DNA from: Candidatus Latescibacterota bacterium
GTDB taxonomy: Bacteria > Latescibacterota > UBA2968 > UBA8231
Length of the DNA: 64,000 bases
Reading direction: 5' to 3'
Assembly: GCA_965204725.1 (NCBI GenBank)
Contig: OZ242005.1
Coordinates: 896,001-960,000 of the forward strand
The notes beneath the pieces were generated by a model, which searched no databases, was not told the origin of the DNA, and was given only the letters and a program-made list of their open reading frames with translations. Position numbers and translations under genes: made by a program. Shown here in pieces: positions 37,686 through 48,136 of this stretch (positions are counted from its first letter, which is position 1; each line of letters begins with the position of its first letter).

Positions 37686-39862
37686 TCGCTTTCCTGAAAC
37701 GCCTGCTCGTAGCCCGGCACCGCATTGCCTTTCAGCTCTACATGGGTATCGGCACGGCCGTGGCTCTCACCATGGTCGCGAGTTTGGTGGCTTGGTTTTC
37801 CTTCGACCAAGTCGGCGAGGCCCAAAGGCAGGTAAACGAGCGGGCTGTCCCAGAGATAGCCACTGCTTTTGCGGTCGCCCAACAAAGCGGCTCTCTCGCA
37901 GCGGCCGCCCCGCGCTTGGTAGCGACCGAGACGCCGATGGCATTTGCCGAGGTTGCCGCCAAGGTCGTCTCCGAGCGGGACGACTTTAAGAAACAATTGG
38001 CGGCCCTGACCCAGCAGGGCGCAGCCGAGGAACGCTTTGCGCGGATTCGCGCCCGCGGCGACACCCTCATCGCCAACATCAAGATCATTGAGGAATCAGT
38101 GGCCAAGCGCTTTGAGCTCAACGCGCGCAGCCGCGGGTTGCACAAGAACTTGGAGACCCTGCAAAACGATTTGAACGGCATCTTGATTCCGGCCATTGAC
38201 GATCAGCTATTCTACGCAATGACCGGCTACCACACCCTCAGCGAACCGCCAGCGCCCCGCGTTCAGCACCTTTCAGAGGCCGAACTTTCTCGCTATCGCG
38301 CTCTGGCCGAGTTGCAGGAAGGGGCTGCTACGGCCATGCGGCTGCTCGCTGATACCTTCAACTTGTCGGACGCGCGCCTGCTGGGGACTTTACGAGAGCG
38401 TTTCGAATCCACAGTCGAAGGGATTGAGCGAAAACTAGCCACATTGGGCGAAGGGCCTTTGCACAGCGCACTCAGCCAGAACTTTGACCGCCTGTTCGAC
38501 TTGGGCCGCGGGGAGGAGAAAATCTTCGCCCTCCGTGCCTCGGAACTCGAGATCGTTGAACAGCAACGGATAGTGCTCGACCGCAACCGCAACTTGTCCG
38601 TTGAACTAGTCGCCGAGGTTGAAAGCCTAGTGGATGCATCCCGCACGAGCGCCCAAGAGGCCACGCAAACCTCCACCCAAGCCATCTTCAACGGCCGCAG
38701 GATCTTGCTCGTTCTTAACGCGATCAGCATCGCCGGAGCAGCCCTGATCGCTTGGCTGTTCGTCGGTCGGGTGCTGCTGCGCCGCCTCGCATTTTTGTCG
38801 AACCGAATGCGCCGCATGGCGGAAGGCGAACTAGAGGCCAAGATCGAGATGCCCGGACGCGACGAGGTCGCAGACATGGCCGCGGCGCTCGAAATTTTTC
38901 GCCGCAACTCTTTGGAGGCTCAGCGGCTCAACTTGGTAGAAAAGCTGGCCGCCGACTTGGAAGAGAAAAATTCCACGCTCGAAAAGGTGCTCGAAGATCT
39001 GGAGCAAGCGCAGGATCAGATCGTCATGCGCGAAAAACTAGCCGCATTGGGCGAGCTCACCGCGGGCGTGGCACACGAAATCCAGAACCCCTTGAACTTC
39101 GTGAAGAACTTCGCGGAAGTCTCGGAGGAACTGTTAGAGGAATTGCAAGAGGTTATAGAGCAAGACGGCCAGAAACTAGACGAAGAGCAGCGCGATCTAA
39201 TCAACGAGATCAACGGCGACTTGACCGATAATCTCGGGCGCATCCGCGAACACGGAGATCGCGCCAACCGCATTGTCCGCGACATGCTGCAGATGGGTCG
39301 CGGATCGGGTGATGCCCAATTCGCAGAGATCAACGCCCTGCTCGACGAGCACACCCGCCTCGCTTTCCACAGCGCCCGAGCGACCAATGAAGATTTTCAG
39401 CTCGACATCAAAGAGGATTTAGACGAGGAGGTCGGGGAGTTGGAAGTGGTCCCGCAGGACTTGGCCCGCGTCTTTTTGAATATGGTGAGCAATGCCTGCT
39501 ACGCCACCAACGAAAAGCGCCACGCTCCAGATACGGCATCCGACTACGTACCCACGCTCTGGATCAACACGCGGCGCACACCCGACCAAGTCGAAGTCCG
39601 CATCCGCGACAATGGGAACGGAATCCCACCGGATGTCGTCGATAAGATCTTCAACCCGTTCTTCACGACTAAGCCGACCGATCAGGGAACCGGGCTTGGG
39701 CTCGCGCTGTCCAACGACATCGTGCGCGAACACGGGGGCACCATCAAGGTTCACTCCGAGCCTGGAGAATTTACCGAGATGACGATTGAGCTGCCCACGG
39801 TGCGGCCGACGGCTTTGCAATCGGCCGCAACCGATTCAGACGCAGACGAGGCGTCCTCTTAG
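37682..39862 (+). CDS. Sensor histidine kinase with TorS-like helical periplasmic domain and HAMP
   Basis: Two TMs flanking a ~300-aa helical domain; GRDEVADMA HAMP; AGVAHEIQNPLNF; DNGNG, PFFTTK, GTGLGL. Confidence 0.88.
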   Translation: MIAFLKRLLVARHRIAFQLYMGIGTAVALTMVASLVAWFSFDQVGEAQRQVNERAVPEIATAFAVAQQSGSLAAAAPRLVATETPMAFAEVAAKVVSERDDFKKQLAALTQQGAAEERFARIRARGDTLIANIKIIEESVAKRFELNARSRGLHKNLETLQNDLNGILIPAIDDQLFYAMTGYHTLSEPPAPRVQHLSEAELSRYRALAELQEGAATAMRLLADTFNLSDARLLGTLRERFESTVEGIERKLATLGEGPLHSALSQNFDRLFDLGRGEEKIFALRASELEIVEQQRIVLDRNRNLSVELVAEVESLVDASRTSAQEATQTSTQAIFNGRRILLVLNAISIAGAALIAWLFVGRVLLRRLAFLSNRMRRMAEGELEAKIEMPGRDEVADMAAALEIFRRNSLEAQRLNLVEKLAADLEEKNSTLEKVLEDLEQAQDQIVMREKLAALGELTAGVAHEIQNPLNFVKNFAEVSEELLEELQEVIEQDGQKLDEEQRDLINEINGDLTDNLGRIREHGDRANRIVRDMLQMGRGSGDAQFAEINALLDEHTRLAFHSARATNEDFQLDIKEDLDEEVGELEVVPQDLARVFLNMVSNACYATNEKRHAPDTASDYVPTLWINTRRTPDQVEVRIRDNGNGIPPDVVDKIFNPFFTTKPTDQGTGLGLALSNDIVREHGGTIKVHSEPGEFTEMTIELPTVRPTALQSAATDSDADEASS

Positions 39863-39863
39863 T

Positions 39864-40193
39864 TTACGACAGGGTGGCGAGGGCCTCTTCCTCGGAGGCG
39901 TGGATCGCAATAATCTTGTCAAAACCGCTGATTTCAAAGATTTCCCGTATCGGATCCGAAAGCGAGCACAGCGCGAACTGAGCACTGCGCTGTTGGAGGT
40001 TTTTGGCAATCAGCAGAAACGTCCGCAGGCCCGCACTGCTGATGTAGTTGATGGCCGCCAAATCGACGAGCACCGCGCCGCTTTCCGTGCCGATCGCCTT
40101 GGTTAAGGCGTCGTGAAAGTCGCGGGCATTGACCCCGTCAATGCGGCCTTCGGGCTTGGCGATTAATACGCCATCCTTCTGTTCGGTGTTCAC
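39864..40193 (-). CDS. STAS-domain anti-sigma factor antagonist (RsbV-like)
   Basis: GRID...DLAAINYISSAGLR...IFEISGF with the conserved phospho-Ser motif. Confidence 0.9.
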   Translation of the reverse strand: MNTEQKDGVLIAKPEGRIDGVNARDFHDALTKAIGTESGAVLVDLAAINYISSAGLRTFLLIAKNLQQRSAQFALCSLSDPIREIFEISGFDKIIAIHASEEEALATLS

Positions 40194-40243
40194 TGGATCT
40201 CCTACCTTTCTAAATTAAATGGTGTGTACCGGTTTTTGGCCGG

Positions 40244-41647
40244 TTATGAATTGTTCCGAATTTGGTCAACGTCATCCTGATCGGGCATGAGCATAAACTC
40301 AGAATACGCTTCGATTCCGAGTTCTGCGGTATCTTGGCCGAGCTCTTCAACGCTCTGCGACACCCGCACGCCGATTATCTTGCCCAGAACCAGCCACGTG
40401 AGCCACGAAGCTACAAACGCGAACACGCCCACCGCTAGCACCCCGATGAGCTGGACGCCGAAATTGCCACCGGCTGCAATGCAGACCGCCAGGGTGCCCC
40501 AGATGCCGGCGAACAAGTGGACCGGAATCGCCCCTACTATGTCGTCCAACTTGACGATCTCTAAGAACCGTATCCCGGCGACGCACAACACGCTGCCTAC
40601 AGCACCGATTATGAGTGCCCAGTAGTGATCGACGATATCTGGCCCGGCCGTAATGGAGACGAGACCGGCGAGTGCGCCGTTGAGAACGGCGACCAGATCG
40701 ATGCGGCCTAAGAGGGGCCGCGACAAGAAGAGAGCAGCCATGGCGCCGGCCGCCGCGGCAAGGTTGGTATTCACGAGGACATGGCTCATGGCGACAGCAT
40801 CGGTCGCGCTCGACAGCGCGAGCTGCGAGCCGCCGTTGAAGCCGAACCACCCCAGCCACAAAATGAAGACTCCCAAAGTCACGGCGGGGACATTGGAAGG
40901 CGGCGTGTTCTTGACGCTGCCATCGGGGCGAAATTTTCCGTACCGCGCTCCGACGACGATTGCCCCGGCGAGTGCTGCCCAACCCCCGGTCGAATGCACG
41001 ATGGTTGAGCCGGCGAAATCCTGAAACCCCATTTCACTGAGCCAGCCGCCGCCCCAAGTCCAAGCTCCGATGACGGGATAGATGATCATCGTCAACACAG
41101 CCGTAAAAATAAAAAACGCCCACAGATTCACCCGCTCGGCCAGCGTACCCGATACAATGGAAGCGGTCGTCGCCACGAAGACCATCTGAAAAAACCAGTC
41201 CGACATGGTGGCATAGGACTGGCCCTTTATCAGGGCTGCGGTCGCCGTTGCTTTGGCTGCATCGGTCGCTGCATCCAACAGCTTGAGCTCTTCGCCCGAA
41301 GGCCCGTATAAAAACTTGAGAGAGCCAATCCAGCCTCCCCCCACATCGACGTACATGAGGTTGTAGCCAATCAAGTAATAGGTGATCCCGGCAATCGAAT
41401 AAAGCCCGACGTTCTTGAGGCAGATCATAGAGGCATTCTTGGTGCGCACGGAGCCGGCTTCGAGCATGGTAAAGCCCGCGCACATCCACATTACGAGCGC
41501 GCCCCAGATAAGAAACGAGAAGGTGTTGAAGACGAATTGCAGGTCTTCGCCGCTTGCGGCATAGACCCCGGTCGCTCCCATTAGGATGCCGCTGGCCGCG
41601 ATAAATCCGCCCACCCGCAATGCATCGCCACTAGACTTTCTAATCAT
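40244..41647 (-). CDS. amtB: Ammonium transporter
   Basis: DFAGSTIVHSTGG, LWLGWFGFNGGS, DDIVGAIPVH; both conserved His present. Confidence 0.95.
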   Translation of the reverse strand: MIRKSSGDALRVGGFIAASGILMGATGVYAASGEDLQFVFNTFSFLIWGALVMWMCAGFTMLEAGSVRTKNASMICLKNVGLYSIAGITYYLIGYNLMYVDVGGGWIGSLKFLYGPSGEELKLLDAATDAAKATATAALIKGQSYATMSDWFFQMVFVATTASIVSGTLAERVNLWAFFIFTAVLTMIIYPVIGAWTWGGGWLSEMGFQDFAGSTIVHSTGGWAALAGAIVVGARYGKFRPDGSVKNTPPSNVPAVTLGVFILWLGWFGFNGGSQLALSSATDAVAMSHVLVNTNLAAAAGAMAALFLSRPLLGRIDLVAVLNGALAGLVSITAGPDIVDHYWALIIGAVGSVLCVAGIRFLEIVKLDDIVGAIPVHLFAGIWGTLAVCIAAGGNFGVQLIGVLAVGVFAFVASWLTWLVLGKIIGVRVSQSVEELGQDTAELGIEAYSEFMLMPDQDDVDQIRNNS

Positions 41648-41793
41648 GCCAATTTCCTCCCTTTGGTCGTTTTGGCTGAGTAGATGCTACTCTTGCTCAT
41701 TCTATTAGGTCTATACAATAGCCAATAGCCAATCCTCGCGCAATTACCACGTCACTTTCGAGCCACCAAGCAACAGGTTCTGAATAGCGCGAT

Positions 41794-43530
41794 CTAGTCT
41801 GCGGCCGGCGTCGCGCACTCCGCGACCCGCACGATCGCGTCCAGTTTCTCGCTAATCTCGGGATCAATTTCGCTATCGGGGATGTGCTCGGCCAACTCGT
41901 AGAAATTTTTCTTGGCCATTAGGTTGGGTAGGCCGAGCGTCTTGAAGTAGGACTTGAAGAGCGGGATGAGAAAATCATCGCTGGCTTTGATGTCGGCACT
42001 CCAAGGAGACCCCTTGCCAAGCGTCTTTAGGGCCGATTCTACGTCCTCAATGGCTTGGCTCATCGCATTTTGACGCTTCCCCTGTTCAGCCGACGTAAAC
42101 AGCGATCCCGGCGCAGCATCCGCCGCCGTCGCCCCCGCGTATGCTTTGAGTGTGGCCCGCGAGCAAATGTAGTTTTCGATCTCCCGGCGCTCCCAGATTA
42201 GGTATTCAACCGGGGACAAATCGAGAGGCTCCGATTCAAGGCGATCGAACAGGGCGACTCCACCAAGCGCGGGGAGAGCCTCCCGCAAGCCGTGGTAGTG
42301 ATTCTGAACCGCCGGGAGCTGGTTCCCTACGTATTTGACGAATGGCCGCTCAAGCACCTCAATCGCGCGGTCGTGTCGTAGCCGTCTAGCAAAAGCCTGC
42401 ATTATCGCTAAATCCGTTGAACCCTCTAGGTAGAGTACCCAGCCGGTTTGTTTCGCTTGGTAGTACTGCTCAAACCCGATCTCCCTGAGTGCTTTCAAGA
42501 CCTGACTGCCGCGGTCGTCAATGCGGTGCGGTTGGCCGACGAAAGCAACGACCAAGTCCCGGTCCGCGGCTTCGTTGAGCAGCACTTCAGAGTGACTGGC
42601 GGCGATGATCTGGCTGGTGCTGGCGCCCGCCACATCGGTGAGCAGGCGGTAGATCTGGCGCTGGCGAAGTATCTCTAGATGCGCGTCAGGCTCGTCTAGG
42701 AGCAAGACGGCACCGGGGTTGGCGTACATATATGCGAGGAGCAGCAGCGTCTGTTGCAGCCCCCGCCCGGCGGACGACAAATCGAGCTCAGCACCCTGCT
42801 CGCGATAGGTCATTGCGATCTCGCCGCGCTCGGCAATGTAGCGCGGCGGACGGAGTTTTGAGCCAAACAGGCTCTCAATCTGCTCGACGAGTTCGTCCCA
42901 CTTCGCTTCATCTTCGTCGCGAATCCGAAAACAGAGGTTGCGCAACACTTCGGCGGTGCGTCCCTCGCCGATCCGAACATTGATGGCACCGGCATCAAGG
43001 CGCGTTTCTGTAGCGGTAAGCCCCGACATGGGCGGTAGGAAGGCGGTCTGGACGCTGCGAGCGGCGGCCGGCACCGACATGCGATCGGCGACCGTGTCGT
43101 CAGACAGCCGGAGCGGCCGGCAGTAGAACGATTCGTCATTGGCGTAGTCGAACTCCAGCCCACACGTCCAGCCTTGGCCGTTGGTCACCCCTTCTACGAT
43201 GATGTCGATGCGGATATTGCTGGTGCGCTGCTGGCCCTCGACTCGGCGCACGTCTCGCACGTGTAGCCCACGCCACAGGAGGTTCGCGTCTGGAATCGGA
43301 ATGGCCACTAGGTCGCGGCGGTTGACGGTGACGCCGGGGCGCTTCTCGGGCGTGCTCTTCCCGGATCGCTTCTCGTTCCAGCGCTTGAGGCCGATGTCCC
43401 ATAAGGCGAGTGCCTGCATGGCCGAGGTCTTCCCAGAGTTGTTGGGACCGATAAAGACCACCGGACTCCCGAGTTCGATCTCAACTTCGTCAAAGCGTTT
43501 GAAGTTGTGGATGGTGAGCTTGGTAAGCAT
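41794..43530 (-). CDS. ABC-type ATPase + TOPRIM-like domain (OLD-family nuclease-like)
   Basis: IHNFKRF, GPNNSGKT, SSAGRG, LLLDEPDAHL, ASHS; C-terminal LYLEGSTD...FD...REIENY. Confidence 0.7.
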   Translation of the reverse strand: MLTKLTIHNFKRFDEVEIELGSPVVFIGPNNSGKTSAMQALALWDIGLKRWNEKRSGKSTPEKRPGVTVNRRDLVAIPIPDANLLWRGLHVRDVRRVEGQQRTSNIRIDIIVEGVTNGQGWTCGLEFDYANDESFYCRPLRLSDDTVADRMSVPAAARSVQTAFLPPMSGLTATETRLDAGAINVRIGEGRTAEVLRNLCFRIRDEDEAKWDELVEQIESLFGSKLRPPRYIAERGEIAMTYREQGAELDLSSAGRGLQQTLLLLAYMYANPGAVLLLDEPDAHLEILRQRQIYRLLTDVAGASTSQIIAASHSEVLLNEAADRDLVVAFVGQPHRIDDRGSQVLKALREIGFEQYYQAKQTGWVLYLEGSTDLAIMQAFARRLRHDRAIEVLERPFVKYVGNQLPAVQNHYHGLREALPALGGVALFDRLESEPLDLSPVEYLIWERREIENYICSRATLKAYAGATAADAAPGSLFTSAEQGKRQNAMSQAIEDVESALKTLGKGSPWSADIKASDDFLIPLFKSYFKTLGLPNLMAKKNFYELAEHIPDSEIDPEISEKLDAIVRVAECATPAAD

Positions 43531-43571
43531 CTGTCAGAGGCGCAGAGGCGGCTGGCCATTCAAACCGCCGG

Positions 43572-44255
43572 CTAGCCCGCCATCTCAGCGCGGATTTCCC
43601 GAATCCAATCGACGCTCTGGCGGACTTTGTCGGCTAAGCCATCCCAGTCTTGGGCGGCGACGAGTTCCTTCGTGATTAGCTTGGAGCCGGCCCCGACAGC
43701 GGCTACTCCGGCCTCGAACCACGCGGCAAGGCTTTCGCGGGTGGCATCGACGCCGCCGGTGGGCATGATGCGGGTCCAAGGACAGGGGCCGAGCACGGAT
43801 TTGACGAAGGCCGGGCCGCCGACTTCGCTGCCCGGGAATACCTTGACGATCTCGACGCCCAGCTCCTCGGCTTGGCCGATCTCGCTGACCGAGCCGCAGC
43901 CGGGCGAATAGGCAATTTTGCGGCGATTGCACAGGCGGGCGACCTCTTCGTTGAGCAGGGGGCCGACGACGAAGTTCGCGCCGTTGGCAATATAGAGGGC
44001 CGCAGTGGGCGCGTCGCATATCGAGCCAACGCCCATGATGATGTCGATTTTTTCGGCCATTACGTGGCGCACGGTCGCGGTGAAGACGTGGTAGGCCAAG
44101 TCGCCGCGATTGGTGAACTCAGCGCAGCGAGCACCTCCTCGGGCGCAGGCTTCGACAATGCGAATGGTGGTTTCCGGGTCTTCGTTATAAAAGACCGGAA
44201 CGATACCTGTGTCGTATATGGCGTTGAGGACGGCCATCCGGTCGTACTGGGCCAT
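43572..44255 (-). CDS. eda: KDPG/KHG aldolase
   Basis: EFTNR, IVKVFPG, IMPTGGV. Confidence 0.88.
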   Translation of the reverse strand: MAQYDRMAVLNAIYDTGIVPVFYNEDPETTIRIVEACARGGARCAEFTNRGDLAYHVFTATVRHVMAEKIDIIMGVGSICDAPTAALYIANGANFVVGPLLNEEVARLCNRRKIAYSPGCGSVSEIGQAEELGVEIVKVFPGSEVGGPAFVKSVLGPCPWTRIMPTGGVDATRESLAAWFEAGVAAVGAGSKLITKELVAAQDWDGLADKVRQSVDWIREIRAEMAG

Positions 44256-44299
44256 TGGGTCTCCTTTTGCGTTTTATGGGTATGGCGGGGCGGGGCTGA

Positions 44300-45061
44300 T
44301 TATTGAGAAGCAAGGGCAAAGGGCATGGGTTGCTCGGGAAAGTTGCCGTAGCGATCCTCGCCGCGCACCAAGATGGTCGGATACTTGGTGCCCAGCGAGT
44401 TGAGCTCGACCTGCTCGACGTGTGGGGCTACGTAGCGCAGCGTTAGCCCGCAGCGGCGGCGATTGGAGGCATTGGGGTTGCTGGCGTGGAATAGTTGGCC
44501 GTCGTGAATGGATATCTGGCCCGGCGCGAGCACTAAATCGACGGCATGGCTGTCATCGACGAGCTCGTCGGGGATTTCCTGATTAATGCTGAGCAGGTTG
44601 CCGGCTCTAGCCGACTCGCCGTGGGTGGCAAGGCCGTTTTTGTGCGAGCCGGGGATGACCCGCATACAACCGTTTTCCACATCGCTGGCATCCACGGCCA
44701 CCCAAGCGGTGTGGGCCTCGGGCGGCTGCAAGCCCCAATAGGTGACGTCTTGATGCCAAGCCACAAAGTGCTTGGCCTCCGGGTCGGGATATTTGCAGAA
44801 AAAGTGCGTCGATAGCAGCATGATGTCCGCGCCCATGACCTCCTGCATGGCGTTGAGGACGCGCGGGTCCGTGGCCATCTGCCATATAAATTCTTCGTTG
44901 AGGTGGCGAGCCTGAAGCCCGATCTGGCACTTTTCTCGGCCTTCGCGCGCTTCCAACTCGTCGAAGCAAGCCCGGAAGTGATGGATCTCGCTAGGGCTGA
45001 ACAGGTCAATGCCCGTGAGAAAGCCCTGCTCGGCGTACGTCTGGGCGGCGGTTTGGGTCAT
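44300..45061 (-). CDS. Phytanoyl-CoA dioxygenase (PhyH) family protein
   Basis: Start ATG 45061; WHQD, NGCMRVIPGSH, HASNPN...RR. Confidence 0.85.
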   Translation of the reverse strand: MTQTAAQTYAEQGFLTGIDLFSPSEIHHFRACFDELEAREGREKCQIGLQARHLNEEFIWQMATDPRVLNAMQEVMGADIMLLSTHFFCKYPDPEAKHFVAWHQDVTYWGLQPPEAHTAWVAVDASDVENGCMRVIPGSHKNGLATHGESARAGNLLSINQEIPDELVDDSHAVDLVLAPGQISIHDGQLFHASNPNASNRRRCGLTLRYVAPHVEQVELNSLGTKYPTILVRGEDRYGNFPEQPMPFALASQ

Positions 45062-45164
45062 GGTGGCTCCGTTTTTGTAGGGCGGCGGTTTCGTGTATAT
45101 ATTGCACAAATCCCCCGTGCGAAACAAGGCTTGGTTCGCCGCATCAACCTAGAGGAAGGCCGCG

Positions 45165-46397
45165 ATGGGCAGGGTGCAGATCAACGAGGAATTGCTATCT
45201 AGCAGCGCCTATTTTGCCGCAGAAAATCGGCGGGCCGCGCTGGCCGCGCTGTTTGAATTCCGCGACCGGCGGGTCGTATTCGGGGCGGGTGCCCTAGCGC
45301 AGCTAGCGGCCGAGTGCGTCCGCCTCGGCGCGGGCCGGGTGTTGCTAATCCACGATCCGGGCATTACCCCACTCGTCGCCCTAGTCCGCCAAGCCCTCGG
45401 CCGCCTAGACGTGGTGGGCACGTATAGCGAGATCGCACCCAATCCCTCGGTCCTCAGCGTCGATTCCTGCGCCCGCACGCTGGCGGCCGCGGATTTCGAT
45501 GTGGCCGTCGCCTTGGGCGGGGGCAGCACGATGGACACGGCCAAGGCCGCGCTCTGCACCGCTGCTGCTGGCGGCTCCGTGGCCGATTACTTTGGCTTCG
45601 ACCGCTACGAAAATCCGCCGCTGGCTCCGCTCGTCGGCATCCCGACTACTGCGGGCACGGGCAGCGAAGTCAGCCGGGTGGCAGTAATCGCCGACGCAAC
45701 CGGCAAGAAGGCCGTGTACAGCCGCTATTTACAGCCCAAGGCCGCGCTGATAGACCCGCGTTTGCACCAAAACATGCCGCCGGTATTGACCGCAATCACG
45801 GGCTTAGATGCCCTCGGCCACGCCCTCGAATGCACGGCCTCCACCAAGAGCAATGCCACGGGCGACGCCGTGGCGCGGGCCGCCCTGACTGCGGGGTGCC
45901 CGGCCTACGTGCAAGCCGTAGTCCGCGGCGATCCAGACGCTCGCCATCAAATGGCGCGTTGCGCCCTGCTGGCCGGGCTGCTGTTGAGCCCAATCAACAC
46001 CGGGGCCGGTCACGCCCTCGGCTACGGAATCGAAAAGGTCTCCTTTGAGCGCGGCGCACCCGTGCCGCACGGCGCGGCCGTAGCTCTCGTCTTGCCGGGC
46101 GTGATGCGGCACAACGCCCCGGCCGTGGCCGACAAATACTACTTTGCCGCTGGCGCGGCCGGGCTGCCCTTGGGCGGCAAGAGCCGCGAGGCGGGCGTTG
46201 AGCTGGCGGCGGCGTGGATCGACGGACTGCGGCGGCAGCACACCCCATACGGCTCGCTGGGCGCGGCCGGGATAAGCGCGGCCGACATTCCGCAAATGGT
46301 CGAAAGTGCCCTGAGCGTCCAGCGCTTGCTCGAACCCAACCCGGTCGCCGTGGAAGCAGACGATGCGGCCCGCATCTATCAGAACGCACTACATTAA
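45165..46397 (+). CDS. Iron-containing alcohol dehydrogenase
   Basis: LGGGSTMDTAK, IPTTAGTGSE, DALGHALE, H..H ligands. Confidence 0.88.
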   Translation: MGRVQINEELLSSSAYFAAENRRAALAALFEFRDRRVVFGAGALAQLAAECVRLGAGRVLLIHDPGITPLVALVRQALGRLDVVGTYSEIAPNPSVLSVDSCARTLAAADFDVAVALGGGSTMDTAKAALCTAAAGGSVADYFGFDRYENPPLAPLVGIPTTAGTGSEVSRVAVIADATGKKAVYSRYLQPKAALIDPRLHQNMPPVLTAITGLDALGHALECTASTKSNATGDAVARAALTAGCPAYVQAVVRGDPDARHQMARCALLAGLLLSPINTGAGHALGYGIEKVSFERGAPVPHGAAVALVLPGVMRHNAPAVADKYYFAAGAAGLPLGGKSREAGVELAAAWIDGLRRQHTPYGSLGAAGISAADIPQMVESALSVQRLLEPNPVAVEADDAARIYQNALH

Positions 46398-46416
46398 CGG
46401 CGAAAGGAACCGCGCG

Positions 46417-46890
46417 ATGGCGTTTGATCCCCTGCTTCAGCGACAAATTATGGGCCGCTTTGCCACGGGCGTCACCGTGGTGACCACCCGCTCGGACGGC
46501 CAGCTTTGGGGCATGACGGCCAACGCGGTCATGTCCCTGTCCCTGTCGCCCCCGCTGGTGGTGGTCTCGGTTGACAAAAGCGCGTCCATGCACGGCCTCT
46601 TGCAAAAAGCTGAGGGCTTTGCCATCAACATCCTCAAGCGAGAGCAGGAGGACCTCTCCGTGCGCTTTGCCCAGCGCGGCCCCAAGGACTTTGCGGATCT
46701 AGCGACGAAAGTGGCCCAGACAGGTGCGCCGATTTTGGCCGACGCCTTGGCCTACGTGGACTGCAAGCTGGTACAAATCGCCGCTGCGGGCGACCACGAC
46801 ATGTTCATCGGCCAATGCCTAGCCGGCGAGGGGGGCGATGGCGCGCCGCTGATCTTTTTTGGCGGTCGGTACGCCGAATTGGCCAATTAG
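46417..46890 (+). CDS. Flavin reductase family protein
   Basis: Start ATG 46417; [26 protein letters not shown]. Confidence 0.88.
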   Translation: MAFDPLLQRQIMGRFATGVTVVTTRSDGQLWGMTANAVMSLSLSPPLVVVSVDKSASMHGLLQKAEGFAINILKREQEDLSVRFAQRGPKDFADLATKVAQTGAPILADALAYVDCKLVQIAAAGDHDMFIGQCLAGEGGDGAPLIFFGGRYAELAN

Positions 46891-46919
46891 GGCGGACCCC
46901 AAGAGAAAGGAATGCTGCG

Positions 46920-47333
46920 ATGAAGAAAAAGATCGTCAAAAGCGATGCCGAGTGGCGGCGGGAACTGACCCAAGAGCAATACGACATAACGCGGCAGAAG
47001 GGCACGGAACGAGCGTTTACCGGCGCGCTCTGCGACAACAAGGAGTCCGGGGTCTATCGCTGCGTCTGCTGCGGCAGCGAGTTGTTCAGCTCGGCAACCA
47101 AGTACGATTCGCGGTCCGGTTGGCCTAGTTTTTGGCAGCCCATCGCCGCGACCCAGGTCGCCGAGGAGCGCGACACGAGCCACGGCATGGTGCGCACCGA
47201 GGTCCTGTGTAGCCAATGCGACGCCCATCTCGGCCACGTCTTCAACGACGGCCCCCAGCCGACCGGCCTACGCTACTGCGTGAACTCAGCGGCACTCCAG
47301 TTCGAGCGCGAGCAGGAAGGCGAAACCCCTTGA
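46920..47333 (+). CDS. msrB: Peptide-methionine (R)-S-oxide reductase
   Basis: Start ATG 46920; [28 protein letters not shown]. Confidence 0.95.
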   Translation: MKKKIVKSDAEWRRELTQEQYDITRQKGTERAFTGALCDNKESGVYRCVCCGSELFSSATKYDSRSGWPSFWQPIAATQVAEERDTSHGMVRTEVLCSQCDAHLGHVFNDGPQPTGLRYCVNSAALQFEREQEGETP

Positions 47334-48136
47334 ACGACGAGAGATACTTGCGGATTGTGCTCGAATGCCTTCGAGTATCCGCAGAGTATAGGCCAAAGTT
47401 CGGTCGGGGAAGTAGAGACAAGGGCCTGTCGTTGGACGAGTTTCAAGTGCTTTATGGCAGCGATCCCTTCTATTCTTGGTTTGGCCTTGACAATCCGTTG
47501 ATGTACGCCGCCCATAAGGCCGCGGGCGGCATGACAAGCGTTTACAGGCAGATCGGGAGCGGATGCGAAGAGTTGGTTCGCACCATCTTGCAGGATTGCC
47601 TAGGGCTTTCCGCAGAAGACGCGAACTGGTCTTATGAACTCCCAAGGCCCGATGGCAAGACGAGGAGGCTCCACCTCGACGGGCGAGTAATTTTGGACAA
47701 GATCGGCGACGAAGCCTCTCGTAGGCGTTTTCGCCAATGGATGCAGGCTTCGGCAAGCCTTGTAAACGTGGATTCTGGCGTATCTGCAACCTTAAAGGGC
47801 ACTGTCTTTGAGATTCGCCAAGGCTACAAAAGCAAGGACTCCAAGAGGCAAAACGCCGATATCGCCAACGCTGCGAACGCCTACGCACAAGCCTACTTGC
47901 CTTGCGCCTTAATCCTGTCCACGCAGATCGACTCGGAGGTCCAGTTGCGATACAGGGCGCAGAAGTGGTCCATCCTCACCGGTGTAACCGGGGTATCAGA
48001 TCCTTTGGCATCCACCTACGATTTTCTGCAGGAGGTCGTAGGTTATGACTTAGCGGGATTTTTTAGCCGGAATCAGGATGCCCTGAAAAGTGAAATCGAC
48101 TCGATTCTCGGCAAACTGCTGGAGCCGTCGCCATGA
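47330..48136 (+). CDS. Putative type II restriction endonuclease
   Basis: TTG start overlaps the msrB stop; LDG...[10 protein letters not shown]-(D/E)XK-like; coupled to a methyltransferase; less GC-rich than flanks. Confidence 0.6.
   Translation: MNDERYLRIVLECLRVSAEYRPKFGRGSRDKGLSLDEFQVLYGSDPFYSWFGLDNPLMYAAHKAAGGMTSVYRQIGSGCEELVRTILQDCLGLSAEDANWSYELPRPDGKTRRLHLDGRVILDKIGDEASRRRFRQWMQASASLVNVDSGVSATLKGTVFEIRQGYKSKDSKRQNADIANAANAYAQAYLPCALILSTQIDSEVQLRYRAQKWSILTGVTGVSDPLASTYDFLQEVVGYDLAGFFSRNQDALKSEIDSILGKLLEPSP

Noticed and set aside
41678-41733. GAGTAG-atg-CTACTC palindrome and ATTGGCTATT repeat upstream of amtB (10-mer also near 33728)
   Set aside because: Too short to distinguish from chance, and no match to NtrC, sigma54, NtcA or TnrA consensus that I can support.
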